Assembly: GCF_006345805.1 (NCBI RefSeq)
Contig: NC_043016.1
Span: 8,370,001 to 8,434,000, forward strand
Length of the DNA stretch: 64,000 nt
Source: Octopus sinensis
Lineage: Eukaryota
Direction of reading: 5' to 3'
Part shown: positions 24,409 to 36,407 of the stretch, piece by piece
Numbering within the stretch: the stretch's first letter is position 1
Layout: every line of letters starts with the position of its first letter
Translations under genes and position numbers: made by a program
The notes under the pieces: model-generated
Seen by the model: only the letters and a program-made list of their open reading frames with translations
Told to the model about the DNA's origin: nothing
Databases searched by the model: none

Positions 24409-24799
24409 TACAAAAAATAATAACAAAAAAGAAAAAAAAGCTGGGGTAGGATGAGCAAGGGGATAGGGTAGCAGATACTCAGCTGTTGAGGTCAATGGTG
24501 CATAACTTTTTACTAGCACTGTACTTCCTCAACAACCAAGACATAGAACTGTCAATGGTTCACTCTACCTAGTTGTATGTAGGTACCACAATGTGGTATA
24601 ATTCACTCTTCTGCATCTGTGACCAAAACATTTAATGAGCAATCCTCAGTCTACCTAGCCGTAAGTAGATACATCAGTGTGGTTTAGTCCACTGGACCGT
24701 GTACATGACTAAGAAACTGAACTATTAACAGGTCATCTAGCTGCAAGTACCTCAGAGCAAAAAAAAAAAAAAAAAAAATTAATGTTTTTTTTTAGAAAA

Positions 24800-25260
24800 G
24801 AAAAGTGTATGGAGTGCTGTTTCAACATTGTCTCTGCTTCTAGATGCATTTCTACTGTTTTCCCAAGTGTTCAAGAGACGTGATCAGGTGAAAATCTGAT
24901 AGTGTTAAGTCTTGGTGTGTAGACCCGGGTGAGGTTGAGCTCCCCAGCCTAATCAATTTATCTTTCCTTGTGTTATCTTCACTGAATAAAGCCTTCATTC
25001 TCAAGGGACAGCTTATAAGGTACGCTCTACTCTATAACACTTTCCCAATCTGCTTGAGGTCATCTTGCACAGTTAGATCAAGGTTTCCTTAAGCATTTGA
25101 GCTGAGTACCCAATACTCTTCAACTGCTGCTTTCATAGTGTCGTTATTGAGAACAGTTGGTCTTCCTCATTGATACCCATCCAAAAGATTGAAATCTTTT
25201 GGTTAATTTATCAAGCCTTCACTTTGGCGCGCTGAGATCGGAAATTACTCTGCAGTTAAT
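24800..25260 (-). pseudogene. Decayed mariner transposase remnant
   Basis: Minus-strand pieces GRPTVLNNDTMKAAVEE, DLKQIGKV and YTP/DLTLSDFHLITSLEH resemble the mariner HTH region and the YSPDLAPSDFHLF motif. There are frameshifts and an internal deletion. Confidence 0.65.
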
Positions 25261-25943
25261 AAACTACAGCAGTCAATTTACCGGCTAGAGAACATATTAT
25301 ATATATATACACACACACAAACAACACACATTTGAGACACATTCAAAACTAATAACCATGTGTGTGCGAGTATGTTATTGTCTCTTTGTCCTGACATTGC
25401 ATGATATTTGTGAGTGAGTGCCTTTCCCATTTAATGGTACAGGGTAATTTTAGCGAAATTTGGGCTGCCACTGCTTTTAGCACACTGAGTGACCATATAG
25501 AGACATATAGGGACATATAGAGATACCTCATTGCTTTCTGCAAGTTATAGAGTGGTTTCTAAAAAATATGAACTTTGCCAAAGAGCTGAATAGGTGGGGT
25601 TTTTTTTTTTCGTGGTGTGTGGTGAATGATTTATCTTTTGTTTGTTTGTTTGCTTCTTTTGGCATGTGTGTGTGTGTGTGTAGCAGCTGCTCTATATCTC
25701 AGATATGTCAAGTATTTCTATTATGGATTAACACATGTGTTCTCTGTGTATGCGTCTGTTCATATACATATGTGTGACCATGTATGTGTGCTAGTCTGCA
25801 TGTGTTCAAAAGATGTTGGTGTATATATGACGTATATATATATATGTATACATCATCATCATCAGAATTATTTAACATCCATTTTTCAGCTGGCTAGCTG
25901 AAGAGCTGCCAGGGCTCCATGTCTGTTTGCATATGGTTTCTTG

Positions 25944-26175
25944 TTTCTTTATTGCCCACAAGGGGTTAAACATAGAGGGGACAAACAAGGACAGACAAAG
26001 GGATTAAGTCAATTACATCGACCCCAGTGCGTAACTGGTACTTAATTTATCGACCTCGAAAGAATGAAAGACAAAGTCGACCTCGGCGGAGTTTGAACTC
26101 AGAATGCAACGTCAGACAAAATACCACAAAGCATTTGGCCCGGCGTGCTAACGATTCTGCCAGCTCGCCACCTTA
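25944..26175 (-). mobile_element. SINE family B monomer inside an older family C copy
   Basis: TSD-like atgtctgtttgcatatgg on both sides. Confidence 0.8.
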
Positions 26176-26551
26176 ATGTCTGTTTGCATATGGCTTCTAT
26201 GGCTGAATGCCCTTCCTAGCATTAACCACTCTACAGAGTGTACTGGGTGCTTTTATGCAGCACTGGCACAGGTGCTTTTACATGGCACTGATATGGGTGC
26301 TTCTTATGTGGCACCCACAAACCCACAAGATTAGGAACGCTCAGCTGAGAGGGATTCAGAGGACATACCTGTATGCAAGGACAACCACATACTTACTTAG
26401 CATGACATGTCTTCTCAAACAGCAAACTGCCAGGAGTTTCGATCACCTGTCATTTACTTTGAGAGGTTTAACACCTGAAGTTCATTTCTCACCACTTCAT
26501 CTCAACTCTTCCTGGGTCAACCCCTTCCACATGTTTCCTCCAAAAAATATA

Positions 26552-26910
26552 TGTGGTAAGTAGCTTGCTAACCAACCACATGGTTCCGGGTTCAGTCCCA
26601 CTGCGCGGCACCTTGGGCAAGTGTCTTCTGCTATAGCCCCGGGCCGACCAATGCCTTGTGAGTGGATTTGGTAGACGGAAACTGAAAGAAGCCTGTCGTA
26701 TATATGTATATATATGTATGTGTGTGTGTGTGTGTTTGTGTTTGTCCCCCTACCATTGCTTGAAAAACGATGCTGGTGTGCTTATGTCCCCGTTACTTGG
26801 CGGTTCGGCAAAAGAGACCGATAGACATAAAGTACTAAAGGCGGTGCCCCAGCATGGCCGCAGTCAAATGACTGAAACAAGTAAAGAGTAGTAAGAGAGA
26901 AGTAAGAGTA
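26552..26910 (+). mobile_element. SINE family A
   Basis: Consensus head and tail. Confidence 0.8.
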
Positions 26911-27104
26911 TATATATAATAAAATGTTATATATGTATAGACACCTTAACACCTTTGAAATACAGTTGTATTTCCCAAATAATCTGGCATCACATATTCT
27001 TGTGACGAGTATGTTGAATAAAAGACTGACTAATTCCATCTATCTTGTCTTTACTGTTCAAAGAATTCAATCAACTAATTTCAATAGAACTTTCTCTCAT
27101 CATC

Positions 27105-27530
27105 AATCATCATCATTTAGCGTCCGCTTTCCATGCTAGCATGGTTCAATGGGTTCACTGGGGTCTGTGAAGCTGGAAGGCTCTTCGTCAGCCCAGTCAG
27201 ATCTGGCAGTGGTTTCTACGGAGGATGCCCTTCCTAACGCCAACCACTCCGCGAGTGTAGTGGGTGTTTTTACGTGCCACCTGCACAGTGCCAGACAAAG
27301 CTGGCAAACGCCACGAACGGATGGTGCTTTTACATGTCACCGGCACGGGGCCAGGCGATGCTGGCAACGGACACGAACGGATGGTGCTTTTACGTGCCAC
27401 CGACACGGTTGCCAGACAGAGCTGGCAAACGGCCACGGATGGACGGTGCTTTTATGTGTCACCGGCACGGGGGCCAGCCGAGGCTGGCAACGGACACGAA
27501 CGGATGGTGCTTTTACGTGCCACCGGACAA
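27105..27530 (-). mobile_element. Family C element with a clear internal ~61-bp tandem array
   Basis: ggtgcttttacgtg anchor at 27263, 27323, 27383, 27445 and 27506. Confidence 0.85.
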
Positions 27531-27559
27531 AAAAAAAATTTTAATTGTGTGCTAATTAT

Positions 27560-27735
27560 AGGTGTAGGAGTGGCTTGTGGTAAGTAGCTTGCTTACGAAC
27601 CACATGGTTCCAGGTTCAGTCCCACTGCTTGGCACCTTGGGTGAGTGTCTTCTACTATAGCCTCGGGCCGACCAAAGCCTTGTGACTGGATTTGGTAAAC
27701 GGAAACTGAAAGAATCCTGTCGTATATATGTATAC

Positions 27736-27770
<35 letters not shown>

Positions 27771-28002
27771 AGTGTGTGTGTATGTTTGTGTGTCTGTATT
27801 TGTCCCCCCAACATCGCTTGAGAACCGATGCTGGTGTGTTTACGTCCCCGTCACTTAGCGGTTTGGCAAAAGAGACCGATAGAAGAAGCACTAGGCTTAC
27901 AAAGAATAAGTCCTGGGGTCGGTTTGCTCTACTAAAGGTGGTGCTCCAGCATAGTGACAGTCAAATGACTGAAACAAGTAAAAGAGTAAAGAGTAAAGAG
28001 TA
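27560..28002 (+). mobile_element. SINE family A
   Basis: Consensus head and (gagtaaa)n tail. Confidence 0.85.
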
Positions 28003-28191
28003 ATTGCTTGGCTAGTTTTAAGTGATAAAAGTTTCTCACCCTACGATATATTACGATTCTGAAATTCAACTGTGTCTGTAGAAATATGCAGTGATAAGCA
28101 CCTCTCAATGCATTCCAATACTAAATGGATTCTGAATGGACTAAAAGAACAACAATAGGCAATGTATTTATTATGGGCATTCAAATCCTCC

Positions 28192-28740
28192 TCATCATCT
28201 TCATCTTTTAACGTCCGCTTTCTATGCTAGCATGGGTTGGACGTATGACTGAGGGCTGGCGAACCAGATGGCTGCACCAGGCTTCAATCTTGATCTGGCA
28301 GAGTTTCTACAGCTGGATGCTCTTCCTAACGCCAACCACTCCGAGAGTGTAGTGGGTGCTTTTACGTGCCACCGGCACAGGGCCAGTCAGGCGGTACTGG
28401 CAACGACCTCGCTCGGAGCTTTTACACATGCCACTGGCACAGGTGCCAGTAAGGTGATGCTGGTAACAATCATGCTCGAATGGTGTCTTTTATGTGCCAC
28501 CGGCACGGAGGCCAGATAGCCGCTCTGGCAACGATCATGCTCGGATGGTGCTCTTAATACCCTACTAGCATGGGGCTCGAGTGCCAGTAATGCGACGCTG
28601 GTAACGATCACGCTCGAATGGTTCCTTTTAAGTGCCACTGGCACTGAAGCCGGTTAGCCTCTCTGTCAATGATCACACTCGTATGGTGCTCTTTGCATAA
28701 CACTAGCACGGATGCCAGTCACCGAGTTTGATTTTGATTT
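28192..28740 (-). mobile_element. Family C element, long copy
   Basis: Colinear with 14974-15495 and 36408-36936. Confidence 0.8.
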
Positions 28741-29771
28741 TAGAAATGTTTAATGAAAGACCGGAAACACTGTTGGTACAATTCAAATAATAATGAGTTA
28801 ATTGATGTAATTTACTCAACCCACTAGGATTTAAGAAATTCGATAATTCTGTTAAGCTAGCCAATAACTTAGTTATATGACAGTATTTCATAACAGAAGA
28901 TTTGTAAGTGTAACATGGAGCTTATTAAAACAGAGAAGATTCAGAAAGTGAGCTTATACGTAAGATGACAAAATTCCATGTGGGGAGAAGAAAATTTTAT
29001 AAAAAAACAACAAAAAGAAACTCCAGAAAGAAAAAAAAAAAGTGAAACAAACTTATGCCAAGAATTGTCAGAAGAAATACTGAATGCTTTTGAATAAAAA
29101 GAAATTTGTATGAAATAGTGTGCTGAAACAGAGAAATTAATAATGTTCTTTATAATGGTTACACTTGCAGTTTACTGAACACCATTTTTGTTGCTGTTGT
29201 GCTGTCCAAAGTCAACCCAGATCAAGCATGCCTATGATCAAAGGTAATTCCATAAATGAAAAGAGTGTGGGTGTTAGGGTGACATGGCATGGCCACAGTC
29301 CAGTGATTCTCTGAAGCCAGCATGGGGATGAAACCAGCGAGAGAAAAAGAAAAAAAAAAAAGCGGTAATTTTACTAAGCCTTTCTAAAACTACTACTACA
29401 ATAATCGTTTCAATCATTGGTACAAATCCTGGACATTTTTGTGGAGAGTCCATTCGATTACAATGACGCCAGTCCTCAAATAGTACTTATTTTACTAACC
29501 CTGAAGGGAGAAAAACGTAAAGACGGCCTCAGCTGATTTTGAACTCAGAACATAATGGCAGGCAAAACGCCATGAAGTATTATCTCTGGTAATGCTAACA
29601 ATTCTGCCAGCTTGCGACCTTCATAATAATAATAATGATAATAATAATAATGATGATGATGATGGCTTAAAATTTTGGCACAAGGCGGTGCCAATTTCAA
29701 GGTGGGCAGTAGGAGTATATTGATCACATCGACCCCAATGTTCAACTGGTACTCATTTTGTTGACCCTTAA

Positions 29772-29991
29772 CCCTTTCATTACTGTATTTATTTTGAGAT
29801 GCTCTGTGTTTCTTTCAATTATTTAAAGTATAATAAAGAATTTAGTAAAATAACTTAGTTATCATTAAGCTGGTGTTAGGAATATAAATTGCAACTAAGG
29901 TTTGGTGGTATATTTTGATGCAAAACTTATGAAAACAAGACATTTGTATTCAGAGCCAGAGCCGGTTTAGGCCGGGTTGGTAACGAAAGGG
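29772..29991. mobile_element. piggyBac-type MITE nested in a SINE B' copy
   Basis: TTAA-ccctttcattac ... gtaacgaaaggg-TCAA (mutated TTAA). Related partial copies at ~12546-12680 and ~46100-46268. Confidence 0.7.
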
Positions 29992-30702
29992 TCAAGGGAT
30001 GAAAGGCAAGGTTGATAGCAGCTGAATTCAAACACAGAACAAAAAAAACGAACAAAGTGCTGCTAAGAATTCTGTCCATCTAGCATGATAACAATTTTGC
30101 CAGGTTGGTTGCTGCCTCGATAACAATAACAACAACAACAACATTACTACTACTATTGAATGACAACTACCATCACTGCCACCATCACCACTACAACTAC
30201 TACAGCTACCACCACTCAAAATACATTTATTAACCACTACTAGTAAACATTCCCCACCACCCACCCAGCCACCTCTCTCTCCTCTCCGATGAAGGGTTCT
30301 GCCGGAAGCGTCAGAGTTCACTTCTTCCTCCACAACAAAATAATTCATTCCACTTTGTGAACTTGTTGCACATTCTAAATCTAGTTTGTAGTTTCCTAAA
30401 TTCAACCTGGCTGCCTGGTGGTTATTGGCAGCAAAATACTGCTGTATATTCTTAGTCAGTTTGAATAAACAGTTGACAGCTGTTGTTAAACTCAATGTTT
30501 ACCAGACAGAGAAATAAAACGAAACGAACGACAATAAAGATAATAAAAAAAAAAGAAAAAAATTATTTCCAAAGTAGCCACAAGGCCAAATATTGAGCAA
30601 AGAGAAGGACAGAAAGAATATAGTCAATTATATTGACTCCAGTACCTGACTGGTACTTATTTGTTTCCACCTAACACCCAAAAACTACATATATATATAT
30701 AT

Positions 30703-30860
30703 ATGGTTGTGTGGTAAGCAGCTTACTTACCAACCACAGGGTTCCGGGTTCAGTCCCAGTGCGTGGCACCTTGGGCAAGTGTCTTCTACTATAGCCTTGG
30801 GCTGATCAAAGCCTTGTGAGTGGATTTGGTAGACGGAAACTGAAAGAAGCCCATCGTATA
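30703..30860 (+). mobile_element. SINE A 5' half, followed by the TA tract hosting the Penelope element
   Basis: Consensus head to gaaagaagcccatcgtata. Confidence 0.8.
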
Positions 30861-31004
30861 ATCTATATCTATATCTAAATATATATATATAATAATATAT
30901 ATATATAACGGGAAGCTTTATGAAAATAAACAAAAGACGAAGGCAGGTGGAAAACAAACGAACATTGTATTAGTATGGCGCTCAGGAAATATAAATAAAA
31001 CAAG

Positions 31005-31042
31005 TCTTTAACGTTTCGAGCCTACGCTCTTCAACAGAAAGA
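31005..31042 (-). ncRNA. Minimal hammerhead-like motif in terminal repeat A
   Basis: Reverse complement TCTTT-ctg-TTGAAGA-GCGTAGGCTC-GAAAC-GTT-AAAGA. U replaces C3, stem III is palindromic (AACGTT), and stem I is imperfect. Confidence 0.5.
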
Positions 31043-31874
31043 TACACAGAGAGAGAAAAACACAGAAAGAAGGAGAGAAAAAAATGCGTGCAGTAGCTAA
31101 CGAATCAACATGGCGATCTGATTTCGGCCAGAGGTCAAAGATCAAACATGAGACGCGAGAGCGAAATAAGGGGAGATAATAGGGTTGAGGGACCAGCTAA
31201 AAGTGCGTGGGAGGGGTCTGGATGTGTATGTATAGGGTTGGTGTATGTATTAGTATGTATAAGGGGTGTGTGTGTGTGTGTGTGTGTATGAGAGAGTATT
31301 AGTGCGTGGGATTGGTCTGGACGTGCGTATGTATGGGGTTGGTGTATGTATTAGTATGTATTAGTATGTATTAGTACGTATTGGTATGTATAGGTGTGTG
31401 TGTGTGTGTGTGAGAGAGTATAAGTGCGTATGCGGGGTCTGGACGTGTGTATGTATAGGGTTGGTGTAAGTATTAGTATGTACTAGTATGTATTAGTACG
31501 TATTAGTATGTATTAGTTGGTGTGTGTATTAGTATGGCACATCATATGTGATGTGATGTGTAAAGTCATGTGGTGTAGTGAGGAGAAGAGGGGGAGGGGA
31601 GAAGAGGGGGAGGGGAGAAGAGGGGGGAGAAGGGGAGGGGAAGAAGGGGGGAGGGGAGGGTGAAGAGGAGAGGATGGGGAGAAGAAGGGGAGGAGAGGAT
31701 GAAGAGGAAAGAGGGAGAGGGGGAGAGAGAGGGGAGAGAGGGAGTGAGGGGCAGAGGGAAGAGGAAGAGAGAGGGAGAAGAGAGGAAGAAGGGAAGGGGA
31801 GTGGGGTGAAAGATGAAGGACTGAAGAAGTGGGGGTCGGGGGGAGAAAGGATAGGTGAGGAGGGGGAGAGGGGG

Positions 31875-33570
31875 TTAGATGAGGAGGGGGGGAGAGTTGA
31901 GACCAAATGGCGTATAAGAGCGAAGAGAGAAGATTAATTCCTGTTCACGGCGCAAACGGGAATCCGGATGGCCTCTGTGTAAGGACAAACCGAACACAGA
32001 TAGGTGTTGCAAGGAGTGACCGTTGGAGCGGAAATGGCGTGAGACCGGTGTGTCGTTCGCAAGGTGGATGTCACGAAGGTGTTCCGCGAACCGGTCAGCC
32101 AAGCGACGTCCCGTTTGTCCGATGTACAAGGAATTGCAGAGAGAGCAAGAGATGCAATAGATAATATTGCTGGAGGTGCAGGTGAAGAGTGGATGATGGG
32201 ATAGGTCGATGGTGGGTGCTAGTGAGGCGGGTGGTGTTGGAGAGGTAAGGGCAAGTGTGGCAACGTGGGCGGAGCAGGGAACGAGCCGGGTTGGGAGGTA
32301 GGTCAGGGAGGAGCTATGGACCAAAAGGTCTCGAAGGTTGTGGGCTCGTTTGAAAGAGGGGAGGGGTCGGTTAGGGAAGAGGTGTGAAGTGGACGGGTCG
32401 GACTGGAGATGACGGAAAGCTCGAAGAATGGTGCGTTGGAGACGTAGGGTCGTGGGGTGGTAAGTGAGGGGAAAAGGGAGGCGGGAGACTACAGGCGGGT
32501 TCGGGGAGAGAGAGCAGATACACGGTCCACGGACCGTGCTCTGGCAAGGGCGGTGTGGATGTGGTGAGGGGGTATCCACGTAGGGTGAAGTGGTGAGCCA
32601 TACGTTGAGACTGAGTCTCAAAGTCATGGTCGTCACTACAGAGCCTACGTAGACGGAGGAATTGGGATAGGGATGGAAAGCTTGGTGTGTTCTGGGTGGG
32701 AGGAAGAGAAGTTGAGGTATAGTGTGAGTCTGTGTGTTTGTAGTGAATGGAGGTGGTAAGAGTGATCAAGAATGCTAACCGAAATGTCGAGGAAGGAGAC
32801 AGAGGTGTGGGAGATAGTGGAAGTGAAGTGGAGTGCTGGATGGAAGATTGGACGAAAGAGAGGAAGAATCTAGATGTTCGCGGGAGAGTGAGGTGGCACC
32901 GATAATGTCGTCATATAACGACCATATAGTTCAGGAGTGGGACCAGTGTGAAAGTAGAGAATATTTGGGCCTCAACATAGCCAACGAACAGGTTCGCATA
33001 GTTGGGGCCCATTCGCGTTCCCATGGCCACTCCCGAGACCTGATGGTAGAACTCGCCCGCGAACGAGAAGCAGTTCAGAGTAAGGACAAGTTCGGCCAGA
33101 CGAATGAGTGTGGAGGTTGTCAGGTACAGGGTTAGAGCGGAGGTCAAGAAAGTTTCGAAGGGCCTGCAGTCCTTCGTGGTGAGGGATAACAGTATAGAGG
33201 CTTTGGATGTCCATAGTAAAAAGGATTTTGGAGGAGCCGGGAGAAAGGAGAAAGAGTTGAAAAGCCGGAGAGCATGGTTGGTATCGTGGATGTGGGAGGG
33301 AAGAGATGCCACTAGGGGGGCAAGGACACGGTCGAGGTATTTAGAGATGAGCTCCGTGGGGCAGTTACAGGCGGAGACGATGGGGCGGCCAGGTTGTTGG
33401 GGTTGTTGATTTTGGGGAGGAAGTAAATGTGGGGGTACGTGGGGTTCGCATAATTAGTTTGGATGCGGTGCGGGGGAGACGGGAGGACGATGAGGTCTTG
33501 GACAGTAGAGGATACCGTCTGTTGGTAGCTACGTGTGGGGTTAGAGGGCAGAGGGGAATAGAAGGAGGTG
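31875..33570 (-). pseudogene. Disrupted RT + GIY-YIG endonuclease ORF of the Penelope-like element
   Basis: ORF 31875-32636 carries CTSSNIIYCISCSLCNSLYIGQTGRRLADRFAEH...E...GLN. RT is split over ORFs 32911-33312, 32972-33214 and 32371-32769. Confidence 0.9.
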
Positions 33571-33800
33571 TATACTTTATTTAAAGCAGCAGAAAATTCA
33601 ACAAAACCTGTTCTTCTGAGTTTCCCGTTGCTGTTAATCGGACAGTTTTTGCTAAAACTGTCCGATGAACGGCAACGTGAAACTCAGAGTAACAGGTTTT
33701 GTTGAATTTTCTGCTGCTTTTAATAAGCATATTACTCTACCACTGGTATTTGAGTACTCTTTTTTCCACCTTGTTTCACATTTATGTGTTTACTCCAGTA
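33571..33800. mobile_element. Head-to-head inverted pair of Penelope-type terminal repeat B
   Basis: 33583-33649 is the reverse complement of 33654-33720 with 5 substitutions. The right copy continues to (TA)n and matches 35070-35155. Confidence 0.75.
33654..33700 (+). ncRNA. Type I hammerhead ribozyme motif (terminal repeat B)
   Basis: Stem I CTGT/ACAG (extendable AAAA/TTTT), core CCGATGA (U4 to C), stem II ACG-GCAA-CGT, GAA, stem III ACT-cag-AGT, predicted GUA cleavage after 33691. Confidence 0.7.
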
Positions 33801-35038
33801 TATAAATATATATATATATATATATGTAAACTTCAAATTCTTCATCCGTACTGCGTTTACTCTACTGGGCATATCCAGCTCTCAAATCTTTTTGTGTGTG
33901 TGAAAATCCAAAGTTGACCATTGGTGAAATTTGAGTTCAGAAACAAGTAGTGAATGTAATTAAATACAGCAATGCCTTTTGCCTGTTGCTCTACTGATTC
34001 TTCTTCCACTCCTTTTCCTCAAATAGTAGAATAATATTAAAAAAAAAACCTGTTGATTTCACACACACACTTGCGTGTGCATGTGTGCATGCCTTATGGA
34101 AAGAAAAATACAAACAGAAACTCTTGTTTGACACCTTAATTGAATATTCAGATGATCTAAATTACATTAATGGAAAGTCAATGATTTATTATATTTTTTT
34201 AAATATATACATACATTTATGTACGTTTTTGTATTTATAACAGTGAATATATTTGTACATGTATGTATATATACATGTGTGTGTGTGTGTGTACTATATA
34301 GAAATATATGGTAAATGCCATATCCCCTCTCACATTTGTTTTAGTCTTGACCCTTTTTCTTTATTCTCCAAGACTGTTTTTTTCTCTTCTTCATTGTTTC
34401 TCCATATCACCCTCTTAAGTTTTCCTTTCTCAAAGCCATAATACACATGCTCTCCCTCTCTCTCTCTCTCTCTCTCTCACTTCACTCTCATTTATATTAA
34501 TAGAACCTCAGATGTAAACAAATGTCTCTGAAGAAAGACAAAACTTTCCTTTTCCATTATCTATTTCAACTCACAGAAATGAATTTTTGTGTAATTAATC
34601 CAAGACTCTATGCAGAATTTAAAAAAAAACCGTTTCACTTCAGCTGTGGCTGTAATATGGAAAAGAAATATGCATATTTTCTTAACAACTGATACAGTAT
34701 CAAATGATTATCTATCATCACTTTCCATTGTGCAATTACTTGTGCTTTTTAGCAGGAGCTGCTGGGAAACTTAACGAACCAACAAAGCTGAATAAAATAA
34801 TTTCAGAACCGTACGTAAAATAGGTAAAAATTGAAAATAAAACTACATAGCTTTTTGTCAAGTTAATTTAAAAACAGATTACTAGTTCTGATGTGTAATT
34901 ACAACCTGAAACAACTCTTGAAAAACACAGGTAAAAAAAAAAAGGTAAGAAAACATGCACGAAAATCAGGGGAGTGTAGAAAACAGCAATGAACAAAGTT
35001 CATTTATATTGGTTGGTAATGTAAAATATACAGAAGTT

Positions 35039-35069
<31 letters not shown>

Positions 35070-35155
35070 CTTTAAATAAAGCATATTGCTCTACCACTGG
35101 TATTTGAGTACTCTTTTTCCTACCTTGCTTCACATTTATGTGTTTTACTCTCCGG
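35070..35155 (+). mobile_element. Solo 3' fragment of terminal repeat B within (TA)n
   Basis: ctttaaataaagcatattgctctaccactggtatttgagtactc matches 33717-33760. Confidence 0.75.
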
Positions 35156-35161
35156 TGTGTG

Positions 35162-35212
<51 letters not shown>

Positions 35213-35216
<4 letters not shown>

Positions 35217-35600
35217 TGCAGGCATGGCTGTGTGGTAAGAAGCTTGCTTCACAACCACATGGTTCCAGGTTCAGTCCCACTGTGTGGTACTTTGGGCAAG
35301 TGTCTTCTACTATAACCTGAGGTCAACCAGAGACTTGTGAGTGGATTTGGTAGATGGAAATTTAAAGAAGCCCATTGAGTATATCTATGTGTGTGCGTGT
35401 GTGTTTGTCACCCACCACCACTAGACAAACAGTGTTGGTGTGTTTACATCCTCATAACTTAGCAGTTTAGCAAAAGAGACTGATAGAATAAGTACCAGGC
35501 TTTTTAAAAAAAAAAACATTCCCGAGGTCAGTTTGTTTGACCCTTCAAGGTGGTGCCCCAGTATGGCCACAGTCAAATGACTGGAACAAGTATAAGACAA
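35213..35600 (+). mobile_element. SINE family A, diverged
   Basis: Consensus head and tail. Confidence 0.75.
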
Positions 35601-35985
35601 CAGAAAGATATATGTAATAAAATCACGTATGAAAGTTCAATGTATGTTACTTGATTTCAGGCATTTTGCATGTCTTGACGTTCTGAGTTCAAATTCCGCT
35701 GAGGCCGACTTTGCTTTTCATCCTTCTGAGTAGATATCTTTGTTTTTATGATGACTTCTTAATGCTGCATGTGTCTGATGGAATAAACTAAGAAAGATTA
35801 CCTACTGCCCGATGCCCTTCCTGTCATCAACCCTCATATGTTTCCAAGTAAGGTATTATTTCCCCAATGGCTGGAGGAGAATTACAAAAACTGGATATGA
35901 CAGACTAAATTCGAATGACAGTAACGCTCATTCACAACAATAATAATATGATGTTGAAAACACGGTGATACAAACACATGCACTA

Positions 35986-36022
<37 letters not shown>

Positions 36023-36407
36023 TATCATCATTATCAACTTCCATTTTCCCATGCTTGCATGGTTTCAATAAAATTTGTTGAAGTGAATTTTGTAGGGCTG
36101 GATGTCCTTCCTGTCGCCGACTCTTGCCTGTTTCCAAGCAAGATGATATTTGCCCATGATCAGACGTGCTTTCACGGAAGACTGGAAACAAAGAACACTG
36201 CCTGCATGATGGTGACACACGCAACTATACAATGGGCTTCTTTCAGTTTCTGTCTACAAAATTCTTCAACAAGGATCTGGTCAGCCTGGGGTGATAGTAG
36301 AAGACACCTGTCCAAGGTGTCACACAGTGGGACTGAGCCTAAAAATATGCGGTAGGGAGTTGAACTTCTTATAGACCAGTGATGTTGGTGCCTTTCATAT
36401 ATGTGTG

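Larger units (their letters stand above)
30907..33570 (-). mobile_element. Penelope-like retroelement (Neptune-like), 5'-truncated and frameshifted
   Basis: RT pieces FLPKI, RPIVSACNCPTELISKYLD, MDIQSLYT.IP, GVAMGTRMGPNYANLFVGYVE and a YIDD motif broken by a 1-nt deletion (cgttatatgacgac), followed by a GIY-YIG domain. 3' UTR and terminal repeat end in (TA)n. Confidence 0.9.

Noticed and set aside
27263-27527. CRISPR-like repeat/spacer appearance
   Set aside because: The spacers are homologous to each other, the array lies inside a dispersed retroelement, there are no cas genes, and the context is eukaryotic.
27149-27587. Recurrent ORFs with LDALPNANHSxSVVGAF motif (several loci)
   Set aside because: They are antisense readings of the non-coding family C tail. 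Frames and stops are not conserved between copies.
31529-31937. Pro/Ser-rich and Gly/Glu/Arg-rich ORFs
   Set aside because: They are translations of the polypurine tract in the Penelope 3' UTR.
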